From contig RGMU01000001.1 in assembly GCA_010021705.1 (NCBI GenBank), positions 1-29,669 on the forward strand: 29,669 bases of DNA, given 5' to 3'. This document shows, one piece after another, positions 9,188-17,254 of the stretch. Every line of letters begins with the position of its first letter. The stretch's first letter is position 1. The notes below the pieces were generated by a model, which was given only the letters and a program-made list of their open reading frames with translations, was not told the origin of the DNA and made no database searches. Source of the stretch: Chitinophagia bacterium. Its GTDB lineage: Bacteria; Bacteroidota; Bacteroidia; Chitinophagales; Chitinophagaceae. The position numbers and the translations under genes are program-made.

Positions 9188-11266
9188 ATGAAAAAGTGTA
9201 TTCTATATGTACTTGCGTGCCTGTTTTTTCTGCATAATGCAGCGCAGGCGCAAACATTGTTTATAGCACCGGACACCGTGTGTGTGCGTCAGCAACTCCA
9301 TTTAAACAGCACCATTTTTGGTGCCGCTAATTACTATTGGGGTTTCTGCTCCGGCGACCTTATTAACCCGCCTGTGGGTAGCAACATGCGCAATCGCTTT
9401 AACTTTAAGGACGCAGCTAACATAGAAATTGTTAAAGACCATGACGGCTTGTATTACGGATTTGTGGTAAATGCCGCAACCGATGAATTTATGAGGCTCA
9501 ACTTTGGAACAAGCCTTAACAATACACCTACCGTTACCAACATGGGTAACCTTACCAATGGCTTGCCTCATCATCCAACCTCTTTATTTATACTTTACGA
9601 TAAAACTTATGGTAATTGGCATGTGTTTGTATCAGGCGGGTATAATAGGGCGGAGTCAAATTTAGCACGTATAGATTTTGGTGCAAGTTTATCTAACAGT
9701 GCGCCTAATATTGCCCGTTTTGGCAATTTTGGCAATATATTAAATGGTCCTAAAGGCATATTTGTTGCTCAAGAGCCTACTGATAACAAATGGTATGGCT
9801 TTGTGGTAAACCGTTTTAATAGCCGCCTTATTAGGTTAGATTTTGGGCTCAATGTTTCAAACACGCCTATTTATACCGACTTAGGCAATCCCACCGATGC
9901 CGTAACCTCTTTACCGGTGCTTAACTTGCCTACTGATGCCGCAGGTATATTAGACAGAGGGAATTGGTTTTTGTTTGTTACCAATAGGGGCAACAACACC
10001 GTTGCGCGGATACAAATTGGTAGCACCTTATTTACTATTCCCCCTAACACCGGTGCCGGCACAGCCCGCAACTTAGGCGACTTTAACTTTCGTGTCATTG
10101 AGCCGTCTTCTATCAGCCTTACCCGCGACTGTAACGACCTTGTAGCCTATATTACCGACAGCACCACAAGCCAATTAGTAAAAATATCGTCTAACTCTGC
10201 TGCCGGAGTTTTTACGCCTGTTACTTATAGCGTGATAGGCGGTATGAATTTTCCGGACTGTATTACAAGTGTGATACGCGATGTAGATGACCTTTATGCC
10301 TTTGTTACCAATCACGGAGACAGCTCGCTAACTAAGTTACTTATTAACCACTGCACCAACTCTACCATACCTTCGTTTACTGAAGTTACGCCCCCACCTT
10401 ATTTCTATACCACACCCGGACTGTATAATGTGTATTATGTAGTGAATCAGGGCTTGCCTACCATGAGAAGCGAGTGTAAGCAAATAAGGGTATTACCCAT
10501 TCCTAACATCTTTATGAACCAAGACACTACAATATGCCTTAACGACACCATTCAGCTACATGCCATTTCTAACTATGCCGACTCTTTTGTATGGAATCCG
10601 GTATATAATATAGATACAGCCTATAACCATAACGATACGGTTAGGGTATGGCCCCGCTACTCTTATGCCTACGGCTTGTGGATACGCTATCCTGATGGCT
10701 GTACCGTAGATACGGTGATACGCGTAAAGGTAATAAAAGTAGTAGCCGATGCCGGCCCGGATAGAACCATATTAGATGGAGCCACTACCACATTGGGCGG
10801 ACCTAACACCACCCTTACGGGCAATGTAGGCTATCAATGGAGTCCTAATTTCTATTTAGGTAATGCTACCACACCCTATACACATGCCAACCCGCACAGT
10901 GATATAAGCTATGTGCTACAAGTAACATTGCTTGACGACAGGTTTACGTGCCGAGCTTATGACACGGTAGTAGTGCACGTGAATTGTGGTGATATTTACC
11001 TGCCCAATGTGTTTAGACCGGGTAGCGATGTGGCTGCCAACAAAAAATTTGGTATACAAAACGTTATGCTAACACACCTAAACTATTTCCGCATTTTTGA
11101 CCGCTGGGGCAATATGGTATTCCAAACCACCAACCCTGCCGAAGCATGGGACGGTACATACCTTACCGAACCTATGCCGCAAGGCGTTTATACATGGATA
11201 GCCGACGGCTATTGTGACTCAGGCAAGCCCGTTAAAAAGGCAGGCAACGTAACCTTAATGCGATAA
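9188..11266 (+). CDS. T9SS type B (gliding-motility-associated C-terminal domain) cargo with propeller-like repeats and PKD/Ig-like domains
   Basis: Signal peptide MKKCILYVLACLFFLHNAAQA. Repeated xGFVVN...LxRLDFGxSL.N.P units. C-terminus IYLPNVFRP...FRIFDRWGNMVF...WDG...GVYTW...GNVTLMR. Start probably at 9188 rather than 9113. Confidence 0.85.
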   Translation: MKKCILYVLACLFFLHNAAQAQTLFIAPDTVCVRQQLHLNSTIFGAANYYWGFCSGDLINPPVGSNMRNRFNFKDAANIEIVKDHDGLYYGFVVNAATDEFMRLNFGTSLNNTPTVTNMGNLTNGLPHHPTSLFILYDKTYGNWHVFVSGGYNRAESNLARIDFGASLSNSAPNIARFGNFGNILNGPKGIFVAQEPTDNKWYGFVVNRFNSRLIRLDFGLNVSNTPIYTDLGNPTDAVTSLPVLNLPTDAAGILDRGNWFLFVTNRGNNTVARIQIGSTLFTIPPNTGAGTARNLGDFNFRVIEPSSISLTRDCNDLVAYITDSTTSQLVKISSNSAAGVFTPVTYSVIGGMNFPDCITSVIRDVDDLYAFVTNHGDSSLTKLLINHCTNSTIPSFTEVTPPPYFYTTPGLYNVYYVVNQGLPTMRSECKQIRVLPIPNIFMNQDTTICLNDTIQLHAISNYADSFVWNPVYNIDTAYNHNDTVRVWPRYSYAYGLWIRYPDGCTVDTVIRVKVIKVVADAGPDRTILDGATTTLGGPNTTLTGNVGYQWSPNFYLGNATTPYTHANPHSDISYVLQVTLLDDRFTCRAYDTVVVHVNCGDIYLPNVFRPGSDVAANKKFGIQNVMLTHLNYFRIFDRWGNMVFQTTNPAEAWDGTYLTEPMPQGVYTWIADGYCDSGKPVKKAGNVTLMR

Positions 11267-11293
11267 ATATTAATGATAAAGTAACTTAAACGA

Positions 11294-11328
11294 AGGGGTG
11301 CTTGCGATATGCGTAAGTGCCCTTTTTT
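11294..11328 (+). terminator. Intrinsic terminator after the type B T9SS gene
   Basis: AGGGGTGCTTGCG / CGTAAGTGCCCTT stem (several G-U pairs) followed by a T run. Confidence 0.6.
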
Positions 11329-11347
11329 ATAAATCTAATATACAGAT

Positions 11348-11827
11348 ATGCCGATAGAACTTGCAGCATACAACTTATGGGCAAACAGCCTTATTGCCAA
11401 TACCATTGCTCAAATAAGCGATACAGATTACAGAAAACACATAGGCAGTAGCTTTGCCAGTATTAGCCAAACGGTAGCTCACCTATATGCGGCAGAGCAA
11501 CTATGGTATAACCGCTTTGTGCAACCGGAAAAGGCTATTTGGGATGAGGCAAATTTTCCGCAGGAACAACAGGCAGGCTTAACGGCATGGATAGGTGCTT
11601 CCCGACAATTTGCCAACTACGCAACAGGCTTAGTACCGGCTCAATTAGATGACATTATAGCCTATACAGACCTTAAAGGTAATTCTCATAATGATAGCTT
11701 AAAAGTGCTTTTGCAGCACGTGTTTAACCATTCTACCCACCACCGCGGGCAGTTAGTAACCATGCTACGCATAGCAGGCGCAACCACCATGCCCCGTACC
11801 GACTTTATTGCCTACCACCGGAAATGA
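11348..11827 (+). CDS. DinB family protein
   Basis: Motifs YNLWAN, SFASISQTVAHLYAAE and LQHVFNHSTHHRGQL (DinB/YfiT metal-binding His residues). Confidence 0.9.
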   Translation: MPIELAAYNLWANSLIANTIAQISDTDYRKHIGSSFASISQTVAHLYAAEQLWYNRFVQPEKAIWDEANFPQEQQAGLTAWIGASRQFANYATGLVPAQLDDIIAYTDLKGNSHNDSLKVLLQHVFNHSTHHRGQLVTMLRIAGATTMPRTDFIAYHRK

Positions 11828-11842
11828 AGAGTAGATAGGTAT

Positions 11843-11876
11843 AAAAAAAGGGGCTATCATAGAGAAATAGCCCCTT
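11843..11876 (-). terminator. Terminator hairpin between the convergent dinB and poly-Asp genes
   Basis: AAGGGGCTAT-catagagaa-ATAGCCCCTT is a perfect stem, preceded by an A tract (U tract on the minus strand). Confidence 0.75.
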
Positions 11877-11903
11877 GATATTTATGTGCCTTACCCTACG
11901 GTG

Positions 11904-12215
11904 TTAGGCAAGTACTACTACTTTGTTAGTTTTTATTTCGCTGGTGCTATCTTCTACTTCATCGTCGTCATCATCTTCGTCTATATCATCGTCATCGTCA
12001 AAGTAGTCATCGTCATCGTCGTCATCAAAATCATCGTCGTCAAGGTCTTCGTCATATTCATCTTCGTCAGCGTCTTCATCGCTGGCATAAGGTGATAGAC
12101 TGTCTTCAACGCAGATAATTACCTGTACGTTTTCTTCGTTTTTGAACAAGCCTTTAAGGTGTTCTAATTGTTCCGCGGTTAATTCGGAAAGCTGCATTTG
12201 TAGTGTTGCTTGCAT
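11904..12215 (-). CDS. Small protein with an extreme Asp/Glu-rich C-terminal tract
   Basis: 103-aa ORF. Residues 46-89 contain 36 D/E in 44. It has its own -7 element at 12232-12239 and a downstream terminator. Confidence 0.8.
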   Translation of the reverse strand: MQATLQMQLSELTAEQLEHLKGLFKNEENVQVIICVEDSLSPYASDEDADEDEYDEDLDDDDFDDDDDDDYFDDDDDIDEDDDDDEVEDSTSEIKTNKVVVLA

Positions 12216-12231
12216 ATCTGTATTTTTTTGA

Positions 12232-12239
12232 CAAATATA
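12232..12239 (-). promoter_or_regulatory. -7 element (TATATTTG) of the poly-Asp gene
   Basis: Consensus TAnnTTTG, 16 nt upstream of the ATG. Confidence 0.65.
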
Positions 12240-12368
12240 GTAATGTTCTGCAAAAATGTAACCTATCGGATAAATATTTTTTCTATGATAGATTTTAGGG
12301 ATGTTTTATGCGTTTAAGACTGTTCTAAACGCTACTTATAAACCTGACTTTGCAGCTAATAGTTACAT

Positions 12369-13229
12369 CTACTTTTTAGGCAAAGCACCATAGTCGGATA
12401 GTAAAGCGTGCATCAGGTTCAGGCGTTGGGTCATCATGGCTTCCATTGTTAGCTCATGGTTGGTAGAAAAGTTCATGGCAAAGAAATAGGGGTAGTTGCG
12501 CACATTGCCTTTGTTCATGCTACCTTCTTGTTCTTTTACCTTTACTATGCGTTCTACAATGCCAACTATCCAGTAAACATTGCTCACGGTGTTAGTGCCG
12601 GTTTTGTAATAGAGCCTATACTCGGGGGTTTCTTCCATTAGCATTATGGTTTTTACAATGCGCTGTGTGCGTTCTGCAAAAGGGAGTTCGTGAAAATACA
12701 TTTTTTTAAGGAAGCCTAACTGTTCGTCTGCCGATATTTGTAGCGTATCATTAAGCCAAAATTCATCTATTTTGCCGGCGCAGCTATGGCTACCATATTT
12801 TACTGTGTCTAAAAATCCCTTCATGCGGGCATAGCCCACTCTGCGGGCTATTTCTTGATAATAAGGCAGGCAGCTAACCTTAAAGGCTTCACGCATGGTA
12901 AGGTCTTTGTCCCAAGTGGGGCGGCGGGGGATGCTGTCCCATTTAATAACAAGCTGGTCGTCAAATGCTACACCTGTTTCCAACGCTGCCAGCGAGTTGA
13001 ATATCTTAAACGTAGAAGCCGGAGAAAAGCGTTTGCTACAGCGGGCAAGGTTGTAGTAATGTATGCTTTCATGGGTGTGGTCGCCTATCAGCATACAGCC
13101 GTCAGACCAGCCGTTATCGGTAACGTAATGTGCCCATTCCTTGTGCTCATGCACGCGGTTTTCGTTACAAGAGAAAAATAGAACGGGTGCAATAAAAACT
13201 AAGAAAAAATAGCGAAAAAAATGCCTCAT
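12369..13229 (-). CDS. Class D beta-lactamase-like (OXA-family) serine enzyme, predicted lipoprotein
   Basis: PASTFKIFN (SxxK), W..D.T.REAFK.SCLPYYQ, YG, FWL..TLQISADEQ and KTG motifs. The N-terminus ends in the lipobox-like LFFS-C. Confidence 0.88.
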   Translation of the reverse strand: MRHFFRYFFLVFIAPVLFFSCNENRVHEHKEWAHYVTDNGWSDGCMLIGDHTHESIHYYNLARCSKRFSPASTFKIFNSLAALETGVAFDDQLVIKWDSIPRRPTWDKDLTMREAFKVSCLPYYQEIARRVGYARMKGFLDTVKYGSHSCAGKIDEFWLNDTLQISADEQLGFLKKMYFHELPFAERTQRIVKTIMLMEETPEYRLYYKTGTNTVSNVYWIVGIVERIVKVKEQEGSMNKGNVRNYPYFFAMNFSTNHELTMEAMMTQRLNLMHALLSDYGALPKK

Positions 13230-13252
13230 ATAGCCAGTATAACAGTAGGGTG

Positions 13253-13260
13253 CAAAGGTA
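13253..13260 (-). promoter_or_regulatory. -7 element (TACCTTTG) of the class D beta-lactamase-like gene
   Basis: Consensus TAnnTTTG, 23 nt upstream of the ATG. Confidence 0.65.
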
Positions 13261-13286
13261 AGCTAAACTGAAAATGTTTGCTACGA

Positions 13287-13853
13287 TTATTTATTAAACT
13301 GCGTCATGGCTTGGCTAATGCCCTGCGTTGCCCAGCATTCAATGGCATCTACGGCTTTCAGCATAGTGGCTTGTACATTGGGTATTTCGCTTGGTTTCCA
13401 CTTGCCCAATACGTGGTTTACCTGCATACCCTTCGGAAAATCGTTGCCTATGCCAAAGCGCAGGCGCGGATAGGCAGATGTGGCAAGTAGTAGCTCTATG
13501 TTTTTCAGCCCGTTTTGCCCACCGGCACTGCCCGTAGCGCGCAAGCGAAGCGTGCCTATCGGCAGGGCTAAGTCATCGGCTATTACAAGCAGGTTTTCTA
13601 ACGGCACTTGCTCTTTGTCTAACCAATATTTAACGGCTTTGCCGCTAAGGTTCATATAGGTGGTGGGCTTTAGCACTATAAAGGTGCGCCCTTTCCATTT
13701 TACTTCCGCTTTGTAGGCATGGCGGTCAAGTTCATAGCGCACCCCGTTACCATGCTTTATTACAAATGTATCTGCCACATCAAAGCCAATATTGTGCCGT
13801 GTGGCATCATACTCATTGCCTATATTGCCTAAGCCGGCTATAATATATTTCAT
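13287..13853 (-). CDS. pth: Peptidyl-tRNA hydrolase
   Basis: Motifs IAGLGNIG.EY..TRHNIGF, KPTTYMNLSG, DDL, GSAGGQNG and RLRFGIG. True start is MKYII at 13853, supported by TAACTTTG at 13866-13859. Confidence 0.96.
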   Translation of the reverse strand: MKYIIAGLGNIGNEYDATRHNIGFDVADTFVIKHGNGVRYELDRHAYKAEVKWKGRTFIVLKPTTYMNLSGKAVKYWLDKEQVPLENLLVIADDLALPIGTLRLRATGSAGGQNGLKNIELLLATSAYPRLRFGIGNDFPKGMQVNHVLGKWKPSEIPNVQATMLKAVDAIECWATQGISQAMTQFNK

Positions 13854-13858
13854 TGGGG

Positions 13859-13964
13859 CAAAGTTAATGGCATTTTTCAAACGGGCTAAGTGGCTGTTAT
13901 AGTGAAGACGAAGCCCCCCTCTCAAAAATTTTACACATTATGTGGGTGATAGATACTACTTTTG
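13859..13964. promoter_or_regulatory. Divergent promoter pair for pth and mlaD
   Basis: TAACTTTG on the minus strand (13859-13866) and TACTTTTG on the plus strand (13957-13964). Confidence 0.65.
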
Positions 13965-13986
13965 CAGCAGAAGATATTTATAAGCT

Positions 13987-14934
13987 ATGCTATTACCTAA
14001 AGAAGCAAGGATAGGGCTGCTTGCCGGCATATCGCTTATTGTTTTTTTTGCGGGTTTTTATTTTTTGAAGGGGGCAGACCTGTTTTCCGGAGAGCGACCC
14101 TATACCTGCTATTTTAATGAAGTGGACGGCTTAGTGCCGGCTACGGAGGTGCAGCTGCACGGCATTGTGGTGGGGCATGTGGGCACAGTTTCGCTTACCA
14201 AAGATAAGGGCGTGAAAGTAATGCTAAGGGTAAGCAAAGATGTGGTTATTACCACCAGTACCACTGCTACACTTGCCAGTAGCGACCTGCTTGGCGGTAA
14301 AAAAATTAAATTAGACTTAGGTAATTCTACTACCCCGCTTGCCAAAGACGAAAGCATTAAAGGCATAGCAGCTACGGGTATGATGGAAAACATAGGTAGC
14401 CAAATTACACCGTTGGTGGGCACGCTTACCAAAACCATTGCTGCATTAGACAGTGTGGTAGCGGGCATTACGCCTATTGTTGACCAAAAAAACCGCATGG
14501 CTATTGCGCACACCTTAGCTTCGCTTGACAGCACGGCTGCCAATGTGGCACTGCTATCGGCTACGCTGAAAAAAGAAAGCGGAGAAATAGCAGGCGTTAT
14601 TCATAATGCCAACGACATTACCACCAACTTTGCCAAAAACAACGATACCGTAAAGCACATATTAAGCAATTTGAACATGCTAAGCAGCCAGCTTGCCAAA
14701 GCACCCATACAAAGCACCGTAGCCGACCTGCAAGCCACCACCGTTCAAATAAAAACGTTGCTTAACAAAATTAACAGCAACGAAGGCTCTTTGGGCGCAT
14801 TGGTGAACAATAAAGACCTTTACAACAATCTTAATAGTACATTAGGCTCGCTTGACCGCCTGTTGGATGACCTGAAAAAGCACCCTTCCAAATATGTAAA
14901 CATTTCTGTTTTCGGTGGCAAAAAAAAGAAATAA
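13987..14934 (+). CDS. mlaD: MlaD/MCE family protein
   Basis: N-terminal TM helix, MCE motif F..VDGL...T.V.L.GI.VG.V, LLGGK.I.L, helical extension, and GSLGAL.N...LY...DLKKHPSKYV. Confidence 0.88.
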   Translation: MLLPKEARIGLLAGISLIVFFAGFYFLKGADLFSGERPYTCYFNEVDGLVPATEVQLHGIVVGHVGTVSLTKDKGVKVMLRVSKDVVITTSTTATLASSDLLGGKKIKLDLGNSTTPLAKDESIKGIAATGMMENIGSQITPLVGTLTKTIAALDSVVAGITPIVDQKNRMAIAHTLASLDSTAANVALLSATLKKESGEIAGVIHNANDITTNFAKNNDTVKHILSNLNMLSSQLAKAPIQSTVADLQATTVQIKTLLNKINSNEGSLGALVNNKDLYNNLNSTLGSLDRLLDDLKKHPSKYVNISVFGGKKKK

Positions 14935-16621
14935 AATTTATAGCCGTTTTTCTGTACTGTTGTTTTGGGTGATGGGCTTGGTGGCAGGCAGTAGTGTTTC
15001 GTTTAAGGTAATGGCTATACCCGTTGCGCCGCCACCCGACACGGCAAATAGCATTATCATCAACATAGTTCACGCCAACAGCATCGCCTTTTTTAAGACC
15101 GATAGCGGCAGCTATTACAGCTTTAATGGTGATGTTGTGCTACAGCAGGGCACAGATACCCTATATGCCGACAGTGCCTACCAAAACAATGCCACCAAAA
15201 ACTTTGAAGCCTTTGGCAATGTGCGCATAGCCCAAGCAGGAGGTACGCAGGGCAAGTGTAACTACCTAAAATACACTGCCGCAGAAAAAACAGCCCTTAT
15301 GCAGCACAATGTGAGCCTTACAGACGGTAAAAACAATCTTACCTGTCAAACACTAAACTATCAACTAAGCACCAAAATAGGCTCATATTCCGGAGGAGGA
15401 ACATTACACAACGATTCAACTGATGTGGTGAGTAAGGAAGGTGTTTATAACGTAAACACTAAAGATGCCCACTTTATGGGCAATGTGTATATCAACGACC
15501 CGCAGTATAAGGCATGGTCTGAAGATTTGGGCTATAACACCGGCACGCGCACCACTTATTTTTATGCGCCTTCTACCGTAAGCTCTGATAGCGGCAGGGC
15601 AATACTAAAAGCGTCTAAAGGCTCGTATAACCCGCAGGACGGGCTTGCGGGCTTTAGCGGGCATTCTTCTATTTGGGACAATGGCAGCTACATAGAAGCT
15701 GACACGCTGTATTACAACAAAAAAACGGGCTATGGCTATGCGCAGGGTAAGGTGATAGCCATGGACACCTCGCAAAATGCAGTATTGTATTGCGGCACTG
15801 CCACCTATAATCGCAGGCAGCGCACCATGCGCGCCACCCAAAAGCCCGTATTGCTCAAAATAGCCGAAGGCGACAGCCTGTATATCCGTGCCGATACATT
15901 TTATGCCTATCCGCAAATGTTGCCCAAATTGGCAAAAAAAGATTCTGTGCCCGCTATTCCCAAGCCTAAGATTAAACAAAAAAATAAGACACCTAAGCCT
16001 GAAAGTACCATTATCGTAAAAGATACCCTGCCCGATGCCGATACCACAGCCCCCATGCTGTATTGCGGCTACCGGAACGTAAAGCTGTTTGCCGACTCCA
16101 TGCAAGGCGTAGCCGATAGCCTGCAATTTTCAGAAGCAGACTCCACCATTCGCCTTTTTAACAATCCCATTGCATGGGCACGTAGCAGCCAAATTACCGG
16201 AGATACCATTATTCTATACACCGCAGGCAAACAACTAAAGAAAATTACCGTACCTTCCAATGCCTTTATAGCTTCTGAAGCTGCCCCTTCCAAAGCGCAA
16301 CTCTACAACCAAGTGCAGGGCAGCAAAATGGAAGCCACCCTTAAAAACGATGCCTTAGAACAGCTATACGTATATCCCGATGCCGAAGCCATTTACTACA
16401 CCAAAGACGACAACGGAGCCTACTTAGGCGTAAGCCAAGCTAAATGCGAGCAAATGACCATTATCTTTAAGGAACAGGCGATAGAAAAAATAAAATTAGA
16501 ACATGACGTAAATCAAACCCTTACCCCGCTTACCAAAATAAAGCTATCGCAAGCCCGCCTAAGCCGCTTTATTTGGCAACCCAACCGCCGCCCGCTGTCA
16601 AAATATGAACTATTTAAGTAA
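14915..16621 (+). CDS. OstA-like (LptA/LptD beta-jellyroll) protein; start uncertain
   Basis: Repeated LYADSAY, FEAFGNV, IEADTLYY, IRADTF and QGVADSL units, typical of Bacteroidota OstA-like proteins. The GTG start overlaps mlaD by 20 nt; alternative ATGs at 14972 and 15011. Confidence 0.82.
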   Translation: MAKKRNKIYSRFSVLLFWVMGLVAGSSVSFKVMAIPVAPPPDTANSIIINIVHANSIAFFKTDSGSYYSFNGDVVLQQGTDTLYADSAYQNNATKNFEAFGNVRIAQAGGTQGKCNYLKYTAAEKTALMQHNVSLTDGKNNLTCQTLNYQLSTKIGSYSGGGTLHNDSTDVVSKEGVYNVNTKDAHFMGNVYINDPQYKAWSEDLGYNTGTRTTYFYAPSTVSSDSGRAILKASKGSYNPQDGLAGFSGHSSIWDNGSYIEADTLYYNKKTGYGYAQGKVIAMDTSQNAVLYCGTATYNRRQRTMRATQKPVLLKIAEGDSLYIRADTFYAYPQMLPKLAKKDSVPAIPKPKIKQKNKTPKPESTIIVKDTLPDADTTAPMLYCGYRNVKLFADSMQGVADSLQFSEADSTIRLFNNPIAWARSSQITGDTIILYTAGKQLKKITVPSNAFIASEAAPSKAQLYNQVQGSKMEATLKNDALEQLYVYPDAEAIYYTKDDNGAYLGVSQAKCEQMTIIFKEQAIEKIKLEHDVNQTLTPLTKIKLSQARLSRFIWQPNRRPLSKYELFK

Positions 16622-16780
16622 AGGAGCGAAAGGATACCTGCTATTTACAACACGGTAAGCCACCCCCTGCAAAAAATAATTGCCCATTTTTAGGCACACG
16701 GCTAATAAGGTTATAAAAATTAAAATGTTTTCAATAGATTTGTAGCATAAATACATTCAATAAGGTAAATATTTTGAATT

Positions 16781-17200
16781 ATGGCAGGTCTTAGATACAT
16801 CATTATTGATGACGATAAGTTGAACAATAAGATATGCAGCACGCTAATTGTTAAGCTGTTTAGCGATGCGCATGTAACTGCATTCACCGAAGCACAGGCG
16901 GGGTTTGACTTTATTAAAAACGAATATGGCAATAGTGCCATCACCGGTTCTACAACCCTGTTCTTAGATATTAAAATGCCTGTGATGGACGCATGGGGCT
17001 TTTTGGAGGTGTTTGAAAAGTTAGATGACGTGATTAAAAAGAAAATACGCATCTACATACTATCGTCTTCTATTGATAAGCGAGATATGGAGCGCGCTCA
17101 AGCCCACCCTGATGTAGAATATTATTTAATTAAGCCACTTACCAAAGAGTCCATTAGCTTAATTACACACATGCAAAAGAAAAAAGAAGAGAAAAAATAA
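16781..17200 (+). CDS. Single-domain response regulator (receiver only)
   Basis: IIIDDD, LFLDIKMPVMD (phospho-acceptor Asp), ILSSS and IKP motifs; no output domain. Confidence 0.92.
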   Translation: MAGLRYIIIDDDKLNNKICSTLIVKLFSDAHVTAFTEAQAGFDFIKNEYGNSAITGSTTLFLDIKMPVMDAWGFLEVFEKLDDVIKKKIRIYILSSSIDKRDMERAQAHPDVEYYLIKPLTKESISLITHMQKKKEEKK

Positions 17201-17254
17201 ATTCCTCTCTTCTGCATGCCATTAAGGGCGATATTTATTAAATAGTAGTAGTAA

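Noticed and set aside
11886-12095. Plus-strand Ile/Val-rich 69-aa ORF
   Set aside because: Its hydrophobicity is the antisense reading of GAT/GAC codons. The promoter and terminator support the minus-strand gene.
13854-13925. 24-aa N-terminal extension of pth in the ORF track
   Set aside because: The -7 promoter element lies within the extension, and Pth homologs begin at MKY..GLGN.
16781-17200. Orphan receiver domain as a regulator of the T9SS cargo cluster
   Set aside because: Single-domain receivers are very common in Bacteroidota. There is no kinase or binding site in the window to link it to its neighbours.
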